Origin: Octopus sinensis
Lineage: Eukaryota
DNA length: 64,000 nucleotides
Direction: 5' to 3'
NCBI RefSeq assembly: GCF_006345805.1
Contig: NC_042998.1
Span: forward strand, 120,342,001-120,406,000
This document shows, in pieces, positions 1 through 11,914 of this stretch. The notes below the pieces were generated by a model that saw only the letters and a program-made list of their open reading frames with translations, was not told where the DNA came from and ran no database searches. The number at the start of each line of letters is the position of its first letter. Position 1 is the stretch's first letter. A program made the position numbers and the translations under genes.

Positions 1-4
1 ATAA

Positions 5-1171
5 TTATTTGTCCTTCTCTACATAGCCACCAACAATGGTGCCACACTTCTCCCATCACTTTATGCAGCTGTGAAGACCTCGTCTGTAGAAATTGGTAGG
101 TTGGGCCTGGAGCCAAGACATCACCTTAGAAATAAGTTCATCCTCATCCAAAAAGTGCTTCCTCTTCAAAAATGACTTCATGGTTGGAAAGAGGTGGAAG
201 TCAGATGATGCAAGGTCAGGACGAAGGATTTCATAGCTGCAGGAGTCTGCTTTCATCTGGGCAACATGTGCATTGTGAACTGGGGCGTTGTCTTGGAAGA
301 GGCAGACTCCTTTGCTCAGCATGCCACTCCTCTCTGCTTTGATGGCATCCCACAATCTCTGCAGCAGAGAAGCATAATATGCCCTGTTAATTGTGGTGTC
401 CTTTGCCAGAAAATCCATCCTCACTGCTCCATGCTGATCCCAAAAGACAGCATCACCTTGCCTGCTGAGAGTTGGACATGAGCCTTCTTTGGAGTTATGC
501 TTATATTCAAGTGGACTTTAGTCTTAGGATCATAGTGATGGACCCATGCCAAAAAAGTCCTCATTTTCTTGGCACATTGCCAAAAGAGCCTGGGAGTAAT
601 TGACGTGTTCCTGCTTCTGAAAAGGTGTGAGCATCTAGGGAATCTATCATTCACACAGCTTCCACATGTGCAAATGGTTGTGAATGATTTTTTTCCACAG
701 ACCCTACACTTATCTTCGCTTCTTGGGCTAGTTGCAGAATAGTTATGCAGCGATCCTCCAAAGTTGCAGCTTCTACTTTATGGATGGTGTCGTCATAAAT
801 GGTGGAATGTGGTTGTCCAAGAATAGGAGCAGTTTTCACCTAAGTCCAACCACATTTGAACTGGCAATGTCAGTGCTTGACTACATCGTATGATGGTGCA
901 TCATCACCAAAAGCTTCTTTCATCTCATCAAAAGTCTCTTTTGGTGTATGCCCTTTCAAGTATAAGAACCTGATCACTGATCTGCATTCAACTTACTCCA
1001 TTGTAACACATTAGTCCACTTCAGTAACCATAAAAGACAAACGAATACTAGTGGAAAGCTGCAATTTACAATGTGACATGTAGAGACAAGTACACTTATA
1101 CCTACACAAGTTCCGTTTCCTGCAATAACTGGAAGTGGATCAGGGGAAATCTTAAATGAACACCCATCATA
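5..1171 (-). mobile_element. Degenerate mariner (Tc1/mariner) transposon; transposase pseudogene 1001->5 with one terminal repeat at about 1140-1171
   Basis: Minus-strand pieces read ME*VECRSVIRFLYLKGHTPKETFDEMKEAFGDDAPSY (ATG at 1001), the HTH region ...TILQLAQEAKISVGSV, HHYDPKTK, QLSAGKVM, FQDNAPVH, PDLASSDFHLF and the C-terminus WEKC..GGYVEKDK*. There are several stops and frameshifts. The end TA-TGATGGGTGTTCATTTAAG resembles a mariner TIR. The other TIR lies outside the window. Confidence 0.93.
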
Positions 1172-3169
1172 AATCTGATCATCTGATGGAGATAGGGAAA
1201 AAGGCACCAACTACAGGATCCACTTTCTATTTTATAGTTGAGTAGTCATCAGTAAGGACATCACTTAGCTGTAAAAGTAATTGTCCCCACAAATAATCTA
1301 TAGAAGCATGAGAAAATAGATATAAATGATATGTATGTGTGAATGCTTTATATATATATTTATAACACCTACCCTGAATTGAAAACCTATTTGCTAGTTT
1401 TTATTTGTCTATTTTATTTAGTTTAAAGCAACTTTATAAATCTTTTTTCAAAACAATTTATAGAGAAAATTGATGTTGATCAATTTTCGAAATGAACTTT
1501 TATATTTGTCTCATAGTGGTCTAATTGAGAATGACTAAAGTTATAATGTGGAATAGTTCTGAGGCTTTATTTGTAATCTTTCCTTGAAACAAAGCTTTAT
1601 ATATTTATCTTTGTATTTTAAACAATTTTCTAATTAACTTTCTGTCTGTATTGCTTGCTAGTAGTTAATTGCTTGTGTGTAAAATGAAACTTTCTAACAA
1701 TATTGAAAATAATTCTACTTATTTACAAGTTGAATATAGGGTTGAACTATTATTGATCTATATTAACACCTTTTATTTTTAATATTGCTATGCTTTTTAT
1801 ATTATTATTATTATTTTATTTATATTAAATGCTTGTATTTATTTTGGCAATATAACAACATATCTTCACCTCTTAAACATGTTTTGGTGTAATGCATGAG
1901 TCTTGTTTTAGTTCAACTAAAAACCTTTTTAACAACCAGCAGTGGTAAGCATGATAAGAATGAAGTACCTTATTATTTTTTCTATAAATTGTTTAACTTT
2001 TTGAAAATTTTTTGCTAAATGTCATTTATTTGTTTTATTTATTGTTTATATTGAAATTTATTCTAATCTGCTTTCATGAGCCAAAGACAGCTTGAAATTA
2101 TATTTCATGTTATCTCTACATTTCATACTAAATGTATCCTTTCACTCTGTAAATGACCATTTCAAATGTAAATTCTCCAAAGAATGTTCATGTCATTAGA
2201 ATCTTTGTTTAATCTGATGTCAGGTAGTATATAAAGTTTGGAAGAAATTTTATAAAATATTGAAAAGATAATTTGTTAATATAATAAATAGATGAATCTT
2301 CTGGTTAGCAGTCTGTTTACTGGTTGCTCTTCAGAATGTTCTTTTCACTAAGTGTAGAATCATATCTCCTGCACATAGAATGAAACACTTAAGATATTGA
2401 TCTTAATAGTTTAGTAGCTTTCCCACTTCTCTGTCTATCTATATCTACAGTTAGATATACAATTTTAAAAAATTCTGTTTTACATCCATTTTTTACATGG
2501 CACATTTTTAAAATTAGGAAGCTTGCATTAATACTAGAGAAGTATTTTGACAGCTGGATGTCATTCCTACCACTAACCACCTAACTATAAAATAGCTTTG
2601 GATACCATTGTGAGCTAGGCAGTGTTTATAGTTGTTAGGTTTATGAAATACGTATAGCTCATAATTTTTTTTATTTTCTATTTAGTGAACCACCTCCTAT
2701 AAATCTATTTTAAAGACTTTCTTTTGAGTCAGATTTTGGAAACTAGCTATAAAAAATTAAATAGTAGTAATTTTATCAAAATTTGAACAACTTTATTCGA
2801 ATATTTTTTGTCAGTGAACTGTTCAATGCACAGGTAAATGTTCATGGAGAGCCTGCTTTCAACCTACTTTTTTTCATTCTTATGTGGTGGTGGTTCTCAT
2901 AGCAGAAGGAAAGAAAAAAGTTCCAAACATAGATGGTATATTAAAGTTCAAAGACATAAATGTCAGCATAATGAAGAACTAGTTAAAGACAGCAAAAAAT
3001 CTTATTTTTTTATTTGTTTCAGTCAGTTGACTGCAGCCATGCTGGAGCAACATTTTGAAAATAACTTTGCTTAGGAAGGAAGTTGTATTCTGTGCATACA
3101 AAATTCTGTAAGATTTGACATGGAACCAGAACTTCACATATGATAGATGTACTATAGTAACAAACAGGA

Positions 3170-5010
3170 AGAGAAGTCATAAAATAATTTTAAAGGAAGT
3201 TAACCTCAGCAGGATTTGACTAAATGTTGCAAGGCACATTTGCCTAGGGCTCTGCTAGTCGTACCTCTAAGCAAACACATTTTGTGCTTCAATTTCTGCT
3301 CTGATGGCTCACTTAATGTAGGTGGTAGTTTCTGTTACTTAGAGGATCTAATTAGGGGATAAGTGTACAATAGCTTAGGTAAAGAAAGGAGTAGATTAAG
3401 TTTAAACAACTGTAGACAATAAAAAGCTTCCATCTTCATGTAAAAACCAGATTGAATAAAGCTTCTGTAAAAAATGTGATGATACAAAGTAGTAGGATAT
3501 GGGCTATTGAATGTGGAATATCTGTGGATATCGGTGAGAAATTAGGTTAGTGTGATCTTGTAGTTGTGTATTGTTAAGCTACATAAAAGATAAAACAAAA
3601 GTGAGTTAAGCTGTAGTTAATCATTAGAAGTTTTAGGAGTAATGGCTGTATAATGAGTATTTGGTGTTGTTGATGGAAGGTACTTGTAAAAGATTGATGT
3701 ATGGGAAACAGGGAGTTGAGATCTTGGGTTGCAGGGAAGATGAAGAAAGCTGAAGATGATTGGTAATATCCTATATAGCTGACCCATCCAAAGCAGGCTA
3801 AGATTTTAAAAAGCAAAGATAAGGATGATGATAATCGTGATTATAAATTAATGTACAACTTTTGTACAATTTAATAATGTTTTTGCTGTAGGTATAGCTT
3901 ACTGAATTAAGTAATAGCAGCTGGTCATTGCTTGTCAAGACAGTGTGGGTATGGTCATACCTACCAAGATAGGCAGTGAGCTCCATCATTTATGTTGATA
4001 ATCATTCTTGGATTGGCTTCCAACAGAATGTGTGTGTGCATGCACGTGTGATCATTTTTAATGTCCACTTTCTTAAAATGATTTTCCATGCTTGTAAGGC
4101 TCAGATGGAATTTGTTGAGATGGAATCTGTGGCTCACCTTTTCTCAGGCAAGGTAATATTTCCTCCACAACCAGACACAGGCACACACACACGCATGCAC
4201 ACACATGCGCGCACACTCACACGTCAAGCTTTTTTAGTTTCCATCTACCAAATTCACAAGTAAGGTTTTGGTATACCGGGGTTATAGCTGAAGACACTTT
4301 CCTAGGATACTACATAGTAGGACTTGAACCCAAAACCTTGTGGTTAGAAAGTAAACTTCTTAACTACACACTTGTGTTTTTGCACCTATTATATGTATAT
4401 GGAAGAGTAGTGTAACACATTGATAATAATGATATAACTAGTGCAAACATGCTATCTTTAAGATAGCTTTTGTCAATTTAGAGAGAAAATATTTGATTGG
4501 TACTCTGCTTTAGTTTAGTAGTTGCTAAAGAAATTAAAGTCTGAGGTGCAGTTTGCAATGGGTTCAGCAACAAATTTAGTCTTCAGGTAGGAGTTTGTTA
4601 GTCCTCAGATGTCTGGCCCCTGGCCCCTCTTGTTATAAGACTAATTGTACATGGGAACTGTAGAAGTTCCCATGTGTTGATGGATAGATTCTTATAGCTG
4701 ATTCTGTAGATTTAGAAGAGGAATTCCAGTCATGGGAACAAAGCCTAAAATTGAGAGGTCTCAAATTAAGCTTAAGCAAAAACTAATGGTTTTACTAAGT
4801 AGGGAAATCAGGTCCCTGTTGCCATCATGGAAATGACTGTACTTGATATTCAAAAGAAATAAAGTTAAAAATTCCGTATCGTATAACCAGTGTAAATTGT
4901 AGATGTTCAAAGATGTAATAGGATCGCAGAAAGACGGACAGGAAAATTCAGCTTTGCATTTAGCACAGGAGTAGTCAACAGTAAGAGTACTAAAGAAATA
5001 GGTAGTTAAT
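3170..5010 (-). mobile_element. Highly eroded Penelope-like element (GIY-YIG part about 3400-3800, RT part about 4700-5010), interrupted by a SINE
   Basis: The translations are only weakly motif-like: ...QSFTSTFHQQHQ...INYSLTHFCFIFYV (resembles the FTC..NLIY.I.C..C..YIG region), a terminal LNLLLSLP* and SMMATGT*FP (resembles GVAMGT..P). The order of the pieces fits a PLE ORF. Confidence 0.35.
4229..4385 (-). mobile_element. SINE family A, 5' half
   Basis: Aligns by eye to the copy at 10856-11375 (tttccatctaccaaattcacaag...gaagacactt...gaacccaaaacc...). Confidence 0.8.
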
Positions 5011-5034
5011 AGCTTGTTTCCTATGGTACTCAGT

Positions 5035-5185
5035 TATGGAGGTGGGTGCTCTAAAAGCTTAATAACCAGAATAAGGAAGGGATAGAAGTTAAGGGAGATA
5101 TGGTTATTGTTAGTGGCAAAGGGTTTCTCTCTTAAAGTGAAGAGTAGATTGTATGATGCTTGCATACAAAGTACACTGTTACTAG
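5035..5185 (+). mobile_element. RTE-clade LINE fragment (post-RT region)
   Basis: Encodes ...KGFSLKVKSRLYDACIQSTLL, paralogous to KGLSLRVKGRLYDACVRTAML in the 60519-61097 ORF. Confidence 0.8.
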
Positions 5186-6199
5186 AGATGGACCTATAAT
5201 GCAGAGAATTTTTAATGCTTAAAAAATCAAGCATGTTCTGGTTAATGTTTTACTGTCTATTAATGATGGAGCACTAGATATGAGATTTACGGCTAAGATA
5301 TACTATGTAAGAGAAAAACTACACTGGTTTGTAGCCAATTGTGTAAAAAATTGCTGAGTGCTTGCTAAGTATGGCATCTATAGAAGACATGGAATGCAGT
5401 TGTGAAGACTTATTTCAAAGTACTAAATTTCACAAAACAAACGACAAGCAAGTATGGTGGCAAAAAGGATCTATCCACTTATAGAAGCATGACAAAGCAG
5501 ACTTAAAAATTATGGTAGTTGGAATGTACATCAACATTTGACCCCCTTCTCATGTTCTGTTAAGTCATCATCTACTGTCTATACTTTCATTACTGTCTCG
5601 TGTATTACAGCCTTTCTCTCCTATCACTAGTATGCTTGCCTTTCTAACAGAGTGGTGTTGAATTGTTCATATTCAGGCACCACTCCACTGTCACACTTTA
5701 TCTCTCTCTCTCCCCCTCTCTTACAATGAAACCTGATGCATTGAATGTGTCCATATTCAATACATCATCAGTCTTGTTTTAATTGATAATCTCCTCTTTC
5801 TCCTGTCCATGACTTTGCCCTCCATCACTCTGTTCTCTTCACCCATCTTTTATTGCTATCCATCATGTTTTCTCTCACATTACTCCATTGTTGATGTACA
5901 TCACGCATTTCAATTACTTCCTCTTCCATTACTCTGCCACCCTTCTATCCCTCTCAGCGTCCCTATCATGTCACTTGACATCCTTTTCAATCTTGTTACC
6001 AACAACCAACACATAGCTGTCCATAACAGACTATTTTTCCCTCCTGCTACCTTCTATGTCCTTCTATTTTCTCCATCATAATTATCATAATTTCTACTCT
6101 ATCATTTGTTCATTTTGGTTCTTTCTCTTTCATTACACCCTCCTCTGTCTATCTCTTGGTTGTGAAACCTTGAACAAACATAAGCAATGTTTTGAATAG

Positions 6200-6597
6200 A
6201 GAGGATTCTTTAGTCTTGTCAGAGACATAACAGCCTCTGTGCCATTATGAAACTGAGGACACAACGATGCGCTAGTGTCTAGGATAAAATCACTCAGTAC
6301 ATTCTGTAAAGTGGTTGGTGTTAGGAAGAGCATCTAATTGTAGAAACCATGCCAGAAATATATGAGCATGGCATGTTCTTCATTCCTTTTAGGAGGGTTG
6401 TAACTCCAAAATGAACTGATTTAGACCACAACTGCCTGTCTTCTCTAAGTATAAAATCCAGTGGTGTATGATATGTTTGATGGGATCCAGCAAGCTGCAG
6501 GGCTGCATCATTGCTCCATCTCTGCTTTGGTATGATTTCTATGGTTGGATATATCATCATCATCACCACCACCATCAAATGCTTGTTTTCCATGCTA
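6200..6597. mobile_element. Fragments sharing the RTE LINE 3'-end sequence (SINE or LINE tails), in both orientations
   Basis: ctgtaaagtggttggtgttaggaagagcatc...gtagaaacc on + matches 15495-15540. The segment 6475-6550 resembles the reverse of the RTE 3'UTR end. Confidence 0.6.
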
Positions 6598-7221
6598 TAT
6601 AGACATAAGTGTGTGTGTGTGTGTGCGTGCGTGTGTGCGTGCGTGTGTGCGCATTAGTTGAATTAAATTGTGTTGGTATTTGTATGGCTCCAAACTTGAA
6701 TCTGTAATCTGCTGTAATGTCAATCAGAGTGAAATCTGGTTTTATAAATTACAATGCTGGTTGTAAAACTCTGTATTGGTTACTTTTGCTTGGATTTATA
6801 AATAACAATACAATTTATGTCTCGAGCACGGCTGTAATGGAATGGCTGGAATTTGAGTACTTTTGTATGAAGCAACAACAGCAATAATAATAATAATAAT
6901 AATAACAACAACGATAATGCTGATGCAGATGATGGTATCTGCAACAATGAGAACACAAAGCTGCTTTTGTTCTAATATACATAAACTTCTAATAATTGCA
7001 TCTGCAAAATATTTCATTACGTAACTGACAAAAGTCTTAAGTGATATTCAAAGAATTAAGGGAAACGTTGTGAAATCTAAGTTAGGGGTGGGGATATTTA
7101 GAATAAAAATCTTTTAAAATGTATTCAGTGTGTGTTAAGTGTTGCTAGCTGTCTGTCTAATGGATACCAACAAGTTATTTTCCCCAATGTAAAATACTTC
7201 TATCTTGTTACAGTTATTATT

Positions 7222-7400
7222 AGACTGCAGCCATGCTGGGGCACCACCTTCAATTTTAAGTCAAATGAATTGATCCCAGTACTTATTCTTTAAGCCTGGT
7301 GCTTATTGTATCAGTCTCTTTTGCCGAATGACAAAGTTACAGGTTCATAAACACACCAACATCAGTTGTCAAGCAGTGATGGAGGGCATAAACACAGACA
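7222..7400 (-). mobile_element. SINE family A, 3' half
   Basis: gactgcagccatgctggggcaccacctt...tcttttgccgaa...aagttacagg...aaacacaccaacatc matches the other family A copies. Confidence 0.85.
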
Positions 7401-7414
7401 CCTACCCACTTAGT

Positions 7415-7712
7415 GCTGCAACATGGGTTAGCAACCATTATCTCGGCCTATGCTCCCCAGGTCCACCAAGGATCAGTACTCAGCCCCCTCTTATTCATCA
7501 TAGTCCTCCAGGAAATTACAGAGGAATTCAAGACAGGATACACCTGGGAGCTTCTCTATGCTGATGACCTTACTCTAATAGCTGAGTCACTATCTAAACT
7601 AGGGAAGTTTCAGGTGTGGAAGCAAGGTCTAGATTCGAGGGGCCTTAAAGTCAATTTAACAAAAGCCAAAGTCTTAATAAGTAGGAAGGCAGACAAACTA
7701 CAAATTCTATCT
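7415..7712 (+). mobile_element. RTE-clade LINE reverse-transcriptase fragment
   Basis: ORF 7413-7718: VHQGSVLSPLLFIIVLQ...ELLYADDL...GLKVNLTKAKV (RT domains with the YADD motif). It is paralogous to 61040-61260. Confidence 0.93.
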
Positions 7713-8056
7713 GAATGAATTTGTGGTTTATCTGCCTTCTCCATTATCTCCAGCTGGCTATACAACACACTATTTGTGTCCTTATATTTTCAAACAGGAG
7801 AGTTTACCCCACTCAGCACAAAGCAATATCTGTGGACCACGGTTTCTGGGTTATTTCTCTTCCTCAGCTCAGAATAACTGCTCAGTTACAGATGGCGCTG
7901 CCAAACTCCTGTTCGAAAATATATGTCATTTTCAAAGTGACACACAGTTTCTGATCTAATAAATAGAAGCATTATTATTTCTAAATCTCTCAATGAGACA
8001 TTCAGTAACTGTACTCTAAAGTAAGGATTATATACTGAAACTGAAATAAGCCTGTT

Positions 8057-8270
8057 GTGTGTGTGTATCTATGTGTCTTTGTGTTTGTCTTCCACCACTG
8101 CATGACAATTGCTGTTGGTCTGTTTACATCCCTGTAACTTAGCAGTTTGGCAAAGAAAGACTGATAGGATAAGTACCAGGTTTAAAAAAGAAAGTACTGG
8201 AGGCAGTTTGTTCAACCACAAGTCAGTGTCCCTGTATGCCTGCAGGCTAATGAATGAAACAAATAAAAGA
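8057..8270 (+). mobile_element. SINE family A, 3' half
   Basis: gtgtttgtc...tgtttacatccctgtaacttagcagtttggcaaa...gataagtaccagg...gaaacaaataaaaga. Confidence 0.8.
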
Positions 8271-8528
8271 TACATTTACAGGGTATTTTTAAGAATATCC
8301 CCCTCCCCTTTTTTTTTTTTAAGATCTTTCCTCTATTTCACTTAAATTTTGAAATAATCAAGAATTTTGGAGAGTATTAGTAAATTAACTGGGCCCAGGA
8401 GGATTTGAAGTCTAAATACAAAGAGTTGAAATAAATGTTGTGAATCATTTTGCTCTAATGACTCTGCTAATCCACCATCCTAATAATGATGATGATGATG
8501 ATTATAATAATATTGTCATTATTTTTGA

Positions 8529-8970
8529 AGTGGTGAATTGGTAGTATTGTTAGGATGCTGAACAAAATGCTTAACCATATTTCATCTGTCTTTACGCTCT
8601 GTATTCAAATTCTACCAAGGTCAACTTTGCCTTTCAACCTTTGAGGGTCGATAAAATAGGTATCCTTTGAGCACTGGGTTTGATCTAATCAACTTAACCA
8701 CTCCCTTGAAGTGGCTGGCCTTGTGCCAAAATTTGAAACTATTATTATTATAAAGATGGTGGATTATTAGCATTGTTAGAGAGCATGGGACAAAATGCTT
8801 AGCAGCATTTGTTCCAGCTCTTTCTGTTCTAAATTCAAATGCTACTGAGGTCAACTTTGCCTTTCATCCTTCCAGGGTTGATGAAATATATACCAGTTCA
8901 ACAGTTGATGTAATCAACTAGCCCCCTCTTCCAAAATGTCAGGCCTTGTGTCTATAGAAAGGACTATTAT
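8529..8970 (+). mobile_element. Two head-to-tail copies of SINE family B (about 8529-8750 and 8753-8970)
   Basis: Each copy has aaatgcttag/aa...ttcaaat..ac..aggtcaactttgcctttca.cctt...gataaaata.gtacc...ggccttgtg...(att)n. Confidence 0.88.
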
Positions 8971-9949
8971 AAGACTGCTGCATGTTGCCACAGATCTTTA
9001 TCCCCATATCTCCTACAACGCTATACTTGTGTTCTGTCTTCCCACTTCTAGCTGTTTTAAATTACTGTTATTGGAACAGTTTCAGCCAATTCAAGACTGT
9101 CTACTTACAGCATGTATGTATAGTAAAACATGCATTGTAATTTATGAGTAGATAACAAACTTTAAGAGGTGGTATTTTCACTGTAATTCTGTGAAAACTT
9201 CTTAGAAGTTAGCAAATCAAATCTGACCCCTTTTTATTCGTAGTTTCAAAGGCCATATTGTAATCTCTTCATTTTCTATATTGCTATATTTTTTCTTCTT
9301 TTTAATGATATAACTTATAGTTTTAATTAATTATTTGCTTATACCCAAGCTTTGTTCATTCATAAATCTCAAATCTTGTTGATTCATGATTCACAATATT
9401 GTAAATACTAGAAATACAAGAAGGTTAGTTGAGATGTAGAAACAAACAAGCTAACACGCTTGCACGGATGAAGTACAAATTTTTTAAATTGTATCAATCC
9501 AACAATGATTCTGTGTGATGTATTTTCATATATACCAAATGTATGAAAAGTGTGTATGTGTGTTGAATTATATTTGTAGAGAGTTGACAGCTGTTAAGAT
9601 GTTGCTTCTTGTCTTAGATAAATCCCTTTCTGTTAGCACTTTTCATACAAATGCGTCTGGAACTACTTTTTTTTCTTTTTCTATTCTATGATACAACACC
9701 TCTCATTTTAAAGTGTGTGTATTCAAATTAAAACTTATAATTTTATGTAAGGCAACTTTTTCTGAAATTACGAACCATAAATTAGATTAAAAGGTGAAAG
9801 TTAGGTTTTTTAATAAATCCTTAATTTTTTTAAGTAATTGAAATGCAGGGACTATGTATTTCAATGGAAATATGGTTCTAAAATACTTATAGATGTATCT
9901 TTTGAGATAATTTCGTGCATGAACATTGTTTTTCATTTTGTCAATGACA

Positions 9950-10687
9950 CAGTATAGTAGGGTTACTTGAGCACCATCTGTGAGAAAATTTGGAAATGGC
10001 ATGCTGTACTGCTTGGCATTCATGCTGGAAGCTTCAGTACGAAGAGATGGTGAATACACAGAACAACCATTGGCTTGCTGTGTCTCCAAAGCATGTACCA
10101 AGGTTGGTAAAGATCAAACATCCAGTCAACATCATGATTTTTGGAGTGATCACTAATGATGGTGACATTATGCCTCCATTCCTCTTCCCACACAGCCTCA
10201 GATGCAACACGGAGCCCTACATCAAGTGCCTGGAGGAGGTAGTGCTGTCCTAGGTCCAGAGGGTGGCTTCTGGAAGACCCTGTGTCTGGCAACAGGACTC
10301 TGCACCATGCCACACAAGCAGAAAACAGTCATGGCTGTCAAACAATTTCTGAAACCACATTACCCCTAACATCTGGCCACTTAACTCCCCAGACTGCAAC
10401 CCCTTTGATTATTGTGTGTGGGGCACAGTTAAGGGAGAGACCACCAAAACTCCTTAGGCAAGGATTATGGCAGTATTCACCAACTTAAACAAGGAGACTG
10501 TCCAGAAGAGTTGCAGGAGATTCCGAAGTCGTCTGGAGGCTATGGTTCAAGCCAATGGCGATTTGCTCTCTAGTATTTCAAGATACTTTTATGCAATTTT
10601 CATAATTATATCTTTTAAAATAGGATGTCAGTATTGTTTTCAATTTTTGCGTAATTTAGGTGACACTGTATTCACTTCACCCTCTGT
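9950..10687 (+). mobile_element. Internally deleted Tc1/mariner element of maT (DD37D)-like type
   Basis: Encodes NTQNNHWLA...KHPVNIMIFGVIT.DG...VWQQDSAPCH...WPLNSPDCNPFDYCVWG...CRRFRSRLEAMVQANGD. There are 36 residues between the last two Asp in this copy, and in-frame stops are present. A TIR-like end lies at about 10660-10687. Confidence 0.88.
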
Positions 10688-10722
10688 GTGTGTGTGTATG
10701 TGTATGTATATGTGTGTGCATG

Positions 10723-10759
<37 letters not shown>

Positions 10760-10788
10760 ATGTATGTGTATGTATATGTATATATGTG

Positions 10789-10824
<36 letters not shown>

Positions 10825-10855
10825 TGCGCATATATATGTATCTGCATATGTATAT
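10688..10855. repeat. Compound (TG)/(TA) microsatellite
   Basis: Directly visible. Confidence 0.97.
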
Positions 10856-11163
10856 ACTCTTTTACTTGTTTCAGTCATTTGACTGGGCAGTTTGATGGGA
10901 TCCAGCAAGCTGCAGGGCTGCATCATGCTCCATCTCAGCTTTGGTATGATTTCTATGGTTGGATATATCATCGCAATTCTACCTATCGCAATGGAACCAT
11001 GCTGGAGCACCTCCTTTAGTTGAGCAAATCAACACCAGGACTTATTCTTTGTAAGCCTAGTACATATTCTGTCGGTCTCTTTTGCCAAACTGCTAAGTTA
11101 CAGGGACGTAAACACACCAGCATCGATTGTTAAGCGATGGGTGGGGGGGACATAGATACACAA

Positions 11164-11213
<50 letters not shown>

Positions 11214-11375
11214 GACGGGCTTCTTTCAGTTTCTGTCTACCAAATCCACCCACAAGGCTTTGGTTGGCCTGAGGCTATAGTAGAAGACACTTGCCCAAGG
11301 TGCCATGCAGTGGGACTGAACCCGGAACCATGTGGTTGGTAAGCAAGCTACTTACCACACAGCCACTCTTGCACC
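10856..11375 (-). mobile_element. Full-length SINE family A (tRNA-like head, internal (CA)n, GTAAAAGA tail) with a 113-bp internal insertion
   Basis: The head on the minus strand reads GGTGCAAGAGTGGCTGTGTGGTAAG...GGTTCCGGGTTCAGTCCC (A/B-box-like). The copy is colinear with 50821-51233 except for 10886-10998. Confidence 0.93.
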
Positions 11376-11479
11376 TATATCTGTGTGTGTGTGAGTAACT
11401 ATTTGGACTTTAGTTATATGTTTATTAGTATATCAATTAAAGCACATTTAGTAAATTTTTCTGTATAAACTTACTAAAA

Positions 11480-11914
11480 CCATTAAATGGTTAACTACTT
11501 TTTGAAGTTTGGCATTCATGCTGGTAATCACAGTCTGAGCCATATTTTACATTGCTTGGAGTTTCTACCTATCGCAATGGAACCCAGCAATTTCCTTAAA
11601 TAAATCAGTTTTTCTCCGCTGAAGAAGTCTAACTTGCATTTACCTTTTTCTGTGTTTGGACAATGAAATTCATCACTGCCGACATCGTCACTACCAGCTC
11701 TTATTTAATGAAAATTTAATAAAATCTAATCATAAGTAAAATTATCTTGAATACAACTAAATTGAAAATCTTTTTCCCCTGGCCATATTGGCAATTCTGA
11801 AAACTTTTGGGTGCAAATTTTACATGAGTAGAAGCCCTTTTTTAACAATTTTTATCCTGAAAATCACCTGCGTAAAAATACACAGGTGCGCAAATTACAT
11901 AGGTTTTTACAGTA
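11480..11914 (-). mobile_element. Possible pogo-like DNA transposon remnant (one end only)
   Basis: The minus-strand end TA-CTGTAAAAACCTATGTAATTTGCGCAC with an internal repeat of the TGTA-TTT..GCA motif resembles pogo-group TIRs. No convincing ORF. Confidence 0.35.

Noticed and set aside
10640-11019. Several overlapping 60-140 aa ORFs rich in YI/CV/HT
   Set aside because: They are translations of (TA)/(TG) microsatellites. The same applies to the ORFs near 15504-15752, 16263-16869, 50991-51200 and 54187-54550.
11300-11375. tRNA-like sequence with A/B boxes
   Set aside because: It is the head of a multi-copy SINE and has no complete cloverleaf.
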